From the NCBI GenBank assembly GCA_000934665.2, contig KZ538561.1, positions 1-61,874 on the forward strand: a stretch of DNA of 61,874 nucleotides, written 5' to 3'. The notes under the pieces are model-generated. The model had not been told where the DNA came from. It made no database searches and saw only the letters and a list, made by a program, of their open reading frames with translations. The stretch's first letter is position 1, and every line of letters starts with the position of its first letter. Origin of the DNA: Catajapyx aquilonaris (Eukaryota). Both the position numbers and the translations under genes were made by a program. Below, in pieces: positions 12,201-24,200 of this stretch.

Positions 12201-15200
12201 TACCTTTGGTACGAAAACGAGAATGAGCGTTCCGGTGGTGCAGAAGATAATGAAGATGGCGATGATGATGAAGGATGCGTCCTGCTTGTCTGCGATGACG
12301 AAGGACACGGCAGCACCGATGACGCACATTATGACCACGTTGTACACGCTCATTCCGACGTACTTGGAGTCGTTCAGGGCTGGAATGCTCACGTGTCGGG
12401 TCTCCCAGGCCAAAAAACACCCAAAAATCTGATGAAAAAAAAGGGGAGAAAAGTTTTGACGCAAATTTTTTTGGTGAATGACCCCTGCTGGTTACCCGCA
12501 GTGCGACTTGACCTATGACATTAAAACCTCGTGAGCACCCTGTATCACGCTCGCGATCATAATCCGAACAGGCGTTAAAACATGTCGCATTGCTGTTTTG
12601 CCCAATCCTCACTGTGCTGCAAAATGCCCGATTAATTGCAAAGTAATGAGCTTTTCACCAGAAGAAAGCTGCAATTTGCGGCGCTCTGATCGCAAAATCG
12701 CCGCAATTCAAGCCTCGTTTTTTCTCCCCCAAAAAATTTAAAGTGAGTGCAAAAGAGCTGGTGTTGGACTCAAAGGAGCCGAAGAGTCATCAGAATCGAT
12801 TATTATTGGCACCGACAGCGACAGGAGGAGAAGAGCAATTAATTCTTTAATGAATTTTTCATTACTTTTTTTTTGTCGAAGCTGCTGGGCATAATCCGGT
12901 TGGTGTCGAGGCGTCTACACTTAGCTAATCCGCATTATGAGATCCTCATTAGCGTCCGGTGCGCGAACTGTGCGGTCTCCGAACCCAACTGGGGATAATT
13001 GGGTCCGACTCTCCCGCTCAGCATCTGTCAATATTTACCTTTCCCCTGTGATGATTTTGATTCCAGGTTGATGCAATACCAGACTTGGCTGAAATTTCGC
13101 AAACCTGGAGGAATCTGATTGGTGACGAATTTGCGAAACTGGAATTGCTTAAAACCTTGCCTAGGCACTTTTAACATATTTTTTTTAAATGAAAAAAATC
13201 AATTACTTGAAAAATTACACACACAAAAAATTCCCATCGCTTAAGTATTATGCAACAAACGGCTGGACTTACCATGAGCAGTCCTTTGTAGGCGTAGATG
13301 GACCCCACGAAAATGGTCATATGCTCCGACTTGCAGTACTCTATCTCAGGTATGACCTCTATGTCTCCATCGAGCGGATGAGTCTGGCAAATAAAACCAC
13401 ATATTTTATCAGCACTGCTGACAAATCAATTTTTTTGCATATAAAAATTGCAACCTCCATTTGAATAACTCGTACAGCTTTTCGCCCTGCGGAAATACCT
13501 GCCGATTTTTAGAAAAATGACAACCCCACCTTTTTTAAACCTTTTTTTTTTGTGAAACACACAGCCTTGGGTGGTATATAATATATAGTTGAACCGGACA
13601 TTGGGTGAGAGCCAGCTGGCTCCCTCTGCTAACATGCGAAAAAAGGCCCATTGGGCAAACTCGCTCAGAATGCAAATATTCCGCGCGGATTATACCTCTA
13701 TCCTCTGGGGCTAAACTGCTTCCAGGCTTAATTCATCACAATTTTTTTGGGCGTGTCTGTCCGATGCTTATCTCCGGCTGGCCACAGCTATCCTTGGCCT
13801 TTCAACTCCTCTGACCACCTACCCCAACCCCCAGCCTCCCAAATGTAATTGTCCTGTCGTTAACTCCTCCGTGAAATGAATGGGGCCGGATGGATAGGTC
13901 GATTTGTCCCTGATTAAGGAAAGAGCCTTCAAAGTGCTTGCTTTTGCAGGGGGGGAATCATGCTGGAAACACGGGACACAAAATCGACCCAAAAACTCTC
14001 TTGTTGTTACGGACTTGATTGACAATGGTGGCAATTAGCACCTTGGGCGAAATTGGCGAAATTAAGTACCACTTGCTATTAAAGTGGGACAGAAACAATT
14101 GGAAATATTTTGCGTCCAAGGCCAAGTCGCATGAATTTAACTATGGTAATCCTACGTTGTATGACCGAGGCTTCTGATTGACCGCCGTATATTGTTAGAG
14201 CGACGCTTCCTATTGGACCTATTCTGCGGCTGCGCAATGGGGGAGGGGGGGGGAACCATTCAGTTGCTTACATCGCTAGTACAAAATAATATCACCGCGA
14301 ATACAATAGTTCTCTATTATTAATACCCTACTATGATGGAAACTCCTCCTGCACCGTACGGCCTACAACTTTGGAAGTGGTGGCAAAATTTTGCCCATGT
14401 TTTCTATATTTGCAAACCACTTTTGCTTTTTGGAAACGTTGCCGAGGGACTTTGTAAAACTCAAAAAAAGCAAGAAAAACCCGACCGCGGCCGCTCCACG
14501 GAGTTCCCATTTCCGCCGTTCCAGGCACCACCTCCTGGGTGGTTACCCGATTACTTCTGCACTTCACCGTCGGATGTCGCTTCGATGCTGCTGCCTGGTG
14601 TGGGTCTCTCTCTCTCTACTTTCGCAGTTTTTCCTAATTTTTTTCCTAATTTTGGCAAGTTGGTGCCTAGAAATGTGGACTAAACAACAATGGCACAACA
14701 ACAACGACACCAGTGTGAACCCAGCTTAAAGTGCTTTCAACCAACGTTTGGCAGCGATTCAGCCTCCCTCCAAAAAAAAAGGACACACAAAACTCGACGC
14801 AAACAATTTGTTCCAGTCATTTGGCAGGGTTGTGTGGGCCATTACCGACACTATCTCCGTGTCCCCGAGTAGTAGGTCAAAGGTCGGGCTGGCATTTTCG
14901 GGGAGAGGGTCGGAGCAGTAAATCGCAGTCGTAGCAGCTACCATCGGGGGTGTTCCATCTCGCCTCCAGCTCTTCTAATCTTAGTAAGGGAGGAGGGGGT
15001 AGGATCATAAGACGCTTACTCCCAATTTCAACTCTTGCTGACGGCAGATGCCTTTCTTCAGATTCACTCTCCTATAGCAAACCCGACCTATTCCCTCTGA
15101 CGCCTTTTATCCATTCTCATCCCAGAGGCGAGCCAAAACTCTCTCTACTTTTACGCCCCTCAGACACGATTTTATCAACTAACTTTCTCAACGCACACAC

Positions 15201-18200
15201 ACAAACACACACATAAAAGAGAAGTTTTCAGCGGCCAAATAATCGTACAGTACGTTCACCAGCACTCTGTCAAGGTGAACGCTGACGTTTGTGTACATCC
15301 AAATTACGTTTGACATACAGTACGCATCGAGCCGTGACTTTTGACAAGTACACTGTGGTGTAATTATGAACGGTTGAAATCTCCCCTTCAACCGCTCAAG
15401 ACGCAAATGTTTAGAATCGTGATAGATGAATGACATGATTAACAGTCTGCGAGTGTCGGCCTCATTCGCGTGCTAATGTGAATGACGTGCCTTTTTTTGT
15501 TTTGTTTGGGAGGCGTATATAGTGCATCACGGCACACATGTAACGTCCGTGACCCCGGCTTCGGTTGGGGTCGAGACACGAACTGCCAGCTTCTGTTGGC
15601 GGGGTCAAATTGGGCATTTGTAAGCGCCCCCCCCCCCTCCTTCCACTCCCCCACCTCCCTCTTCGGAAGCAATTAGCGGTGTCGCTTAGCATGCGACAGA
15701 CCCTCTTCATTTTTATTCAGTGCGAATTTGCGCCGCCATCAAGGAGGCCAACCAGAGCCTGACGCTGCCATGCCTCTCGATATACTATACCTGCAACGTC
15801 CAAAGTTAAAGCAAGTACAGGGTGAGTCACTAAATACAATCATGCAAATTCCCACGAGCAAAGTATATGCGCAAAATGTGTCCTGATTTTACTTCGAACA
15901 TGTGGCTACCATGGGATTAAACCATGTGTCCGGCCCTTCCCAGGGGTCATTTATAATGTGGCCTTACTAATTATCATCTGCTAATGATGCTTAATCAACG
16001 GCTTAGCCAGAGAGGAGGGCAAGCTGTGGGACTAACCCCACATTATACTGCCCGTGTAACAGTACAGCGCAGTGGATAATGAGGCCGGACTCTTGGCGTC
16101 GTGACAAGATTTTGTACTACGCAGAAAAATAGTTAATGAATATCAGAAATAACTATCTTCATCTTTCTCCTAATAGGCGTAATAATTATCTCCGCGGGAT
16201 GTTTGTCCGACAACTTTACTGCGATGGCCCGCCGATTTACGACGCAGTATGGTTCTTCACGCATAGATGGCGTATACTCCGTCTGCACACTCCTGCCACC
16301 TTCAGGTAGCGTGAGAGATAGCTACTATCTCGCATTACCTGAAGGTGGCAGGAGTGTGCAGACGGAGTATGCGCCATCTATGCGTGAAGAACCATACTAC
16401 GTGGTAAATCGGCGGTTTGCTTGTCACTGTCGTACAGATTATACAGTATGTTTTTGCCAAATTTTGGCAATGGGTTCGCTAGCAGCAAAATAATCCGGTC
16501 GCTGCTTACAGGAAGCGACTGAATCACCCTGTGTGTATATAATGCAGGGCTTGAGAATCCGGATGGTGTCTGGGACAAGTCCAAGCAACAGCCTGTCTCT
16601 AAAGTAATATCGATGCTAATTTCTGAGAGATTTCCTCCTCCTGCTCCAATCCCCTCCCCCTCCCTCTTCCCTTTTCCCTCGATCCTTTCGTCGGCAGCCT
16701 CCACATTTCCTCCGAATTAGCACTCGTCGCCTGAATGCTCTCCTCACAAAGAGACCTGGGCTCGGATTAGCTTGGCTCCCTGGAGAAAGTTTGCCTTTTC
16801 CGCATGCAAACTCAGACAGTACAACCCCAAGCACTTCTTTTGTCACTCGCGGGTAGAAGGACCTCCCCTCCCCCCTCTCCTTTTACAACTCCTTCCCCTC
16901 CTCCATTCCTTTTTCTCTCTCTCTCTTTTTTGGCAAAGGTTCGTATTGAATTGGGTCCCGATAAACCGCTCCAGAAGTCTTTCCTGCCTTCCCGATGCAA
17001 TAAATATTTAAGAGGTCAATTCCTCTCTCTCTTTTTTTTCTTTGTAAACTGCCTGCGAAGACTTAGCGGGGAGATTACGCCACAACGGGTGCAAATTTCG
17101 TGTCTGAAGACGAAATTTGCGAAATGTGCAGCAACGGCCAAGGTAACGGGCGGTTGTTGCCATAAACTGCACATACAGTTTTATTGTTGGACTTGTGCAC
17201 ATTCTAATCAATACTTTATGATTTCACATTGTTCATATAATAAATATTTATGAATTTGCGAATTTTTAGCTCTATGTGTTTCCTGCAGTTTTCCTGAGGC
17301 AACAAATTTAAAAAAAATCAAACATCAAAAACATACCTGCGAGTATGTGGCTACTGCTCATAAAAAGACAAAGTGAGGTTCCTACTGGCTTCCTATCATT
17401 GAGTGTGTCCATTCAGAATCATGAGCACTAATAAAATTATCAACTGCAGTATTGGCTGCAGTATTTCGCTACTAATTTAAGAAGCATATTCCAGAAACAT
17501 GCACCTGGGTAGAAGGAAAATATTACTGACAAAAAAATACATTCACGAAAAATCGGGCAGTTGAAGCGTATCCTGAAATGCAGGCTTTCAACTGCGCAAG
17601 AAAGCCTCATGGGTGTCCCTGCCCAGTCAGGATAAACTTCTTTCCTTGCTTATACAAGCAAGGAAAGAAATTCATACGGTTTCCAAAACCAGCGAGAAAA
17701 CACCCCTCGGTATGTGCATGTGTTACATAACACATGCACATACCGAGGGGTGTTTTCTCGCTGGTTTTGGAAACCGTATGAATTTGAAGTGGGCAATTAC
17801 TACAGTCCATACGGTGTAAATCAGATGTCTCAGGACCTAATCATTTATGCAAGCCTTGTTGGTCATAGCCTGCAGAGAAGCTTTGCCAGAACCTTGCAAA
17901 AAAAATCCAGCAAAAACACGGGGCTGGGAATGAGCAATACTCGCTACAATACAACGCCGGCATTTAATCTCTTCAACCGTGCAGTTTTTACCTGGATCCA
18001 ATGCAAACAAAGCTGCATCGGAAGCCAATTACAGTCCCAGCAGATACAATTCGGGCCCAGGCAGTGAAACAGGATTACACCCCGTGTTAATTACTCGCAA
18101 CCGGCAATAGGAATTAATTTTATACCCTGCACACACCGGCGCATACATTTTGGGCAAGCATGTAGGGGGGAAAAGGACGACCCTTTTGATGAAGACTGTA

Positions 18201-21200
18201 CAAATCAAAGCGAGTCACGTCATTAAGCCAAGCCCCATAATCAGTCCCTCAAGCAGTTGAAGGCCCTCTGCCTCCAGGAGGGGCCACTGGAAAGTGCAGC
18301 GCATACTTAAAATACAGGGCAGGGGTAATAGCGAGGTTGTCACAACGAGTTGGCAACGTGCCTTCCATAAACCTTATACCTCCCCAGGATTAGTCCGGCA
18401 TAAAAAGCCCAAGTTCCCAATTAATAAATTCCCGAGACCGACCGGCGGGCATCGAGAAGCTGAGCCAGGAGGATCCTTATGACACGCCTTCCAATTTCAC
18501 CTTCGACCTTTCGAAAAATCGAGTGCACCCGGACCTTCCTATCAATCAAGTCCCTCCAGAGTTGTAAATGTCCAAGGGAATGTCTCGACGCTTCCAGGGG
18601 GCGTTAGTTCCCCGTCCCTAATTTTCCCCCCTTTATTTTTTTTTTCTCGCCAGCTTCCAGCTCCAGGGTTACAGTAACTCCAGACGTTCGTCCCCCCCAT
18701 ATTCGATTACTTCCCTGGAACTGGAAGAGCCCAACCCCAACTGGCTCCTATATTCTGACAGGTTATACTGCCGTCAGCACCGCGACTCCAAGTCTTCCTT
18801 TTTCTTTGTAACTCTCACTCTTGCAACTTTGGCTCGAGAAAAAACCTTCCGATTGCAACTTTGGCAACGTCTGGAGTTAGGAACCGCAAAAGTTAGATGC
18901 GCAGATCTTGGCGTTTTAGGGCTTCTTCGGTTGGTTTTGGGTAGCACTGACTCGACAGTAGCAGTTCATATGATCTTCTGAAATATAGGCCCTATGAATT
19001 TCCATGGTCTTTGCCCTACTTGTCAGGCTGAATTTTGAATCTACCAACAGTATTATTCAAAATATTATGTCGAGGTTTTGCTTTCTGACGCATTCAATAT
19101 TGTCTCTTTTTCCTCTCCAAGGCAACCAATCCCCGTCTCCAATCTCTCATCCTGTGTCGACCTACATTTGAACCTAGCCCACCTTTTGCAGCGTTGAAAA
19201 GACGTCGCACTTAACCAGATTGGGGGATGGGAAACAACATCCTTTCCAAGTCTATCAAATCCAGGGTGTCAGACTGAATCCGAGATGATTCCAATTTTCA
19301 TTTGGGAGCCAAGAGAGTTCCGCTCCGTTGATTGGCCCCCAACGAAACAACTCATCATCATTCAGAGGTTGTTGAGCTCCTTTAGAGTATAAGAAGACTT
19401 TGGCTGGGTTTAAAAAAAATTATGGCGGCGGCCACCTCGATGCGATTACAGCCCTTCGCACGGGACGTAATCCTGGGAACCGGAGCCTCATAGTTGAAGC
19501 CTCCCTCTCAAGTTTGTTGGCGAAACTTGCGAGATTATCCTCAGGCACGCGATAAGAAGTCCTGGCAACAGGAACACGGAAAATTGATTTTGGATTATAA
19601 GGGGAAAGCCCCCTCCCCCCTCCTTGCCCTCCCCTATAGTTCCAACCACCGGATTTTCTTCACCGGGACTACCTCACACACAAGTATCGCGCAAAGATAT
19701 ATATTTCTACACGCAGAAGTTGCTGCCCTGCGAATAAACAAGGGGATCAGGATTTTGGCCCAAAACTAGCTCCGGATTACCCGAGACCTCTCTCCGTTCT
19801 GTACAAGTTGCAATCTACTGAGCATTTTGGGGGCAACGTACTTATTACAGGCTGGTTCACATCTAAAGCTCACAGTTCAGGAGTAATCAGACAGTTGCTT
19901 TCAACTGGTTGTCTTCCTTTTAACTGATTGCTGGGAAACACAACCAGTGACTTCTCACATTACAGGTACTCACATATGCCTCCAAAGTCTTAGTCTCCCT
20001 GTAGAATGGGTCTATCAGCTGCCAGGTGGTCATAATGGCCACGTCGATGACCAGCAGGATTCCGACTACCATGAAAAGCTGGTAATCCTTGATCACCTGA
20101 AATCAATAAATAAAGCAATAATTAATAACGAATTACTCTCCAACAATCACTTTATGAATATCAAAAATATTAAAATTGTATTTTAATATTAGCTATAGAA
20201 TGGGTCTAAAGCTGGGAAATCCATAGCAACATTCAGCGCCTGAATTGTGATGCTTATTCTACAGCACTCAAACCCAATATCAGCAGCTAATGTACTTGAT
20301 GGTCCCCTATAATAGTACAAAAATATGGCCAACCGAAACGGACATCTAAATTGGGGAAGATATTTCAAATTGCATTTCATGTAAAGTTATGAGCAAACAA
20401 ACTGGAAGGAACGTGCCGGATCGAATCGGACGCAAATTGATGCTTCTGCAAGCACTTTAAAGGCCCAAAGTTGGCAGCGTTTGTAGTAGCTGTTCTGTAA
20501 TCAACATGAGTTGTGAATGTTCCAGTTCGTTCCGTTCAGTTTGCATCGTCCATAGTTTTTTCCTGCTAAAAGCAAGTTCTTCATGTGCAACCAGAATGAA
20601 GAAGGGCGTTCAAACCGTGACGTCATTTTTCATCCGCTGAAGCCAAACAAATGGCATCGTGTTCATGCACTGAATAGTGCGCAACAATGTCGCGAATTGT
20701 CGCTTACAGTACAAATGCGGCGCAGTATCGGTATAGTCGCACAGCCCTATTTGCATAATTCTCCTTAAGAAAAGCTCCAGTTTGCCAGGGGGGACCGTCG
20801 CAATCTGCCAACGAGAATGTTAAGAAACTCATTAAAATTAATTGAAAAATTAATACTTGCGGTAATGCCAGGTGGCCGGACCATATTTCCAGAAAATCCT
20901 TTTAATTTATTATGGACGAAAGTACTGCATCAGTGACTTCACGCACTCGCTCTTATGACATGTTGTACTGTACGTAAATGTACAAAAAGTACAACTAACA
21001 TATGTTTAAAAAATAAAACATGGTACAAAATTTTGCGTTGGAAGTTTACTGGAGCAAGATTTATTTCCAGATTTCACATATTTTTTATCTCCCAAAAAAT
21101 TCCAGCCAATCAGATATTCCACCTGAGATTTTCTCCCTCGCTGAAGTTTGAACAATGCATCTCTCCGAGTAAAATTTATTGTCGTTTTTAGTGGCAACCC

Positions 21201-24200
21201 GAGGACAACAGAGAAAAGAAAGCGCAGGAAATGTATAAATATCAAGTTTGTCCTCAAAAAAATCTCAGGTCACGATCCAGAAATCAAGAAAGAAAGAGAC
21301 GAAGAGCTTCACACAATGCACATATCTTACAAGTGACATTCCCTCAGACAGCTAAAAAAAAAGGTCATATTTTCAAGCCCGTCTGCACATCATCTCAAGT
21401 GTTGGGTCAGGCATGGAACCAACTTCAAGAGGGTGACCTGGCTGTTTGCTTTTTTATATGTATACTTCATCCATGTTCCGTTTCCCCCCTCCCCTATCCA
21501 CTCTTCGTTGGCATAAGAATCGAGTTGCATGAATTGAGTCTGGCGGAACTTGTGCGCGCCAAGCCCAAGAAGGGAAAAAGGAGAGAAAAATAACAAAGTC
21601 TGCTAGGAGTCAAAGTTGCTTTTTTCCCACCGAGTGCTGCTGATGTGATCCCCAAAAAAAACCCTGCCCTGTGTGTTGGCAGCCTGAAAGAGCCCGCGAT
21701 TTGATTATTCCGAGTAGATGGCATCGAGGCCACAAGTGCATTGGATCCTCTCCTAATCAAACCGGAGCACAACGAACAAAAAAAAATTGAAGTCATAACT
21801 TAATTAAAAACTTTGTTGCCTCAACCGAGCACCCAAATTTATCCTCGCTCATCCGGTGGGGGAGGAAAAAAAGAAGCTAAACCTTCCCCATAATTGGTAA
21901 TGGTATAGGCGCAACAAGCGACGTTTAAAGCAGCAATTAGCAGAGCCTCAAATTAGCACCGGCTATTCGCTCTTGTTAGCGGGAAAATATCAACAGGTTC
22001 TGGACGGCTCTCGTGGGAAATGAACCCACCAACGCTCTTGATGGAGATACTCCCCGCAAACTATCTGACACCAACATACACGCTGCGAAATTTGCAAAAA
22101 AAAAGTTGCAATCTGGCAACGATCATGCTTGCAAAAAAAAACAGAGTTCACATACAAGTACTGTTATTAATATCCGGCTTTACCTTCTTGTTGAGCTTGA
22201 CGTTTGTGAAGATGGAGTGGACTCTCCATGTCTTGGAGAACATGGACCCGAAGGCCAAGGTGAATCCGGCCATCAGGACCCAGGCCCTGGCCGTGCAGAT
22301 GTAAGGAAAGGCGTGGACACTGGTCAGCTTAGAGTCCAGTCCCAGGAATATCACGCTCGAGTAGGTCAGGATGCAACCGATTATTATCAGGTTGTTCAGG
22401 TACGGGCTCGACATCTTGATGTACCTGAAACGAACAAGAAAGTTCTAATAATGCAAGTTTTGTAACATTATTCATCGCACATTTTTTTTGGCCGAGAAAT
22501 GCATGCAGCTGATTGGCTCCATACCAAACGGCACCCATTCCCTTCCGAGAAAAAAACGCTGCGAAAAATCGGTCTTCTTCATCTGCGCTTCCATTCAGAA
22601 GCCATCCGACTACGGGAAGACGTTCACGAGCGTAAAATGCTTCAATTATGAGCTTCTTCTTTATCTGGCAGATTGGAAATACCCCCTACCCATCTTCTCC
22701 TTTCCATCGATGGAGCCCCGCGAAACGAAACGCCTTTTTTTTTTCGCGAGCCTATTCTTCTCTTCCTTTTTCGCCAGCTCCAATTTGATTCTTCTTTGAC
22801 AGTCGCTGGTAATTTCCCTTAAACTTTTTTCTTCTTCTTTTCGATCTCTTCTCCCTAGAGCTTTTTTGACTACGAAGCAGCGGCTTCTAGTTCAATTATC
22901 CGATATGAAGGGAATTCATATTTAATTTTGAGCGCCGCCTGGGTAGTGCTAGCTAGCATCATGCGATTGGGGTAGAATCAATAGGGCAAATATTTTTTTT
23001 CCCCGGTCCCCGGTACGGACTCAAATCTTGCTGATACTGGAAGGTGGCTTCCAATTGAATTGATTTCCGGTTTCCACCGGTTCCCCCAGCAGCAGCCAAG
23101 CAGCCAAAAAACAAACGGGGGCCCATGATATTTTGCAGGCGGGCGCCAACAAAGGGAAAAAAAGGAGAGCGGAGGATCTTCAAGTTGAACGCTTAAATGG
23201 CTTTTCTTGACAGTTCCCAGCATGCCGGTAATATGAAGGGAAAAGGGGGGAAGGTGGGGAGAGGAGGGAAAGGAAGCTTCGTCACTCAGGCCGAACATCA
23301 TTTCTCTTCCCGCCCAGACACGAAAAAAAAAGTGGAAGGAAAGGCTTATTTTCACTTTTTTCAACAATGCTTTCCGTGGCAATATTTCCATTTTTTTAAT
23401 GCGTCCCCCAAAAAATAACGATGCCAAAAAATTCCGCATGACGCGACGTAAAACGGATGGGCCGGAAGTGGCTTTGAATTTAATCCCAACCGCTGCAGTT
23501 TTAGGCCTCAATGTATCGAGCTGTTTATCATCATGCCGGATATATAGATTGTAACTAATATGAAATAAATGCAATTATATTCCGCTATTAATAGTAATTA
23601 AATTGGAATAATTCCGCCATTTAAACTTATGCACATAGCATGTGAATATATACAGAGCTCCATTTATGAACATGCTGTTTGTATTGCATGTTGTGCATTA
23701 TTTTTCCATTAGTAGCAGATTCGTTGCCAAATTTTTGCAACACTGCTTGACCCATCCGCAACTTGGACGTGATAGGCCACTACCAGTTGGCTCAGAGGCT
23801 CTGATGAAGGAGATTAATACGTATATATACAGCATTGGGTTGCATCCTGCGACTGACCTCTGGTTCCTGAACCTGATGTTGATTGCGAGGAAGACGCTGC
23901 CCATGACGATCCCCATGGAGGCCAATGTGGCCAGTATGGCGTAGATGGTGATGCTGACCCTGGTCTGCTCTATCATCTGCAGACTCCTGTCCTTCGGGGG
24001 CGACCTGCTGGCCCACCACACGGGCCGCCCTTTGCCCAGATCCAGCTCCTCTGTGATCCCGTTCCATTCCCCGATCTTCAGCTCCTGCCCACCTGTGTCG
24101 AGAGAAGAAGAAAATGGTTTGAAGCAAATCACCCATGCTGCTCTTCCTCCGGGGGTTTTTTTCTTAGTTTTTTTTTACTCAGTGGATATGTGTTCGGTCT

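Noticed and set aside
22978..23574. 198-aa minus-strand ORF (and the similar 195-aa ORF at 29001-29588)
   Set aside because: Intronic, homopolymer-driven Phe/Lys-rich composition, no homology recognised, and not needed for the receptor reading frame.
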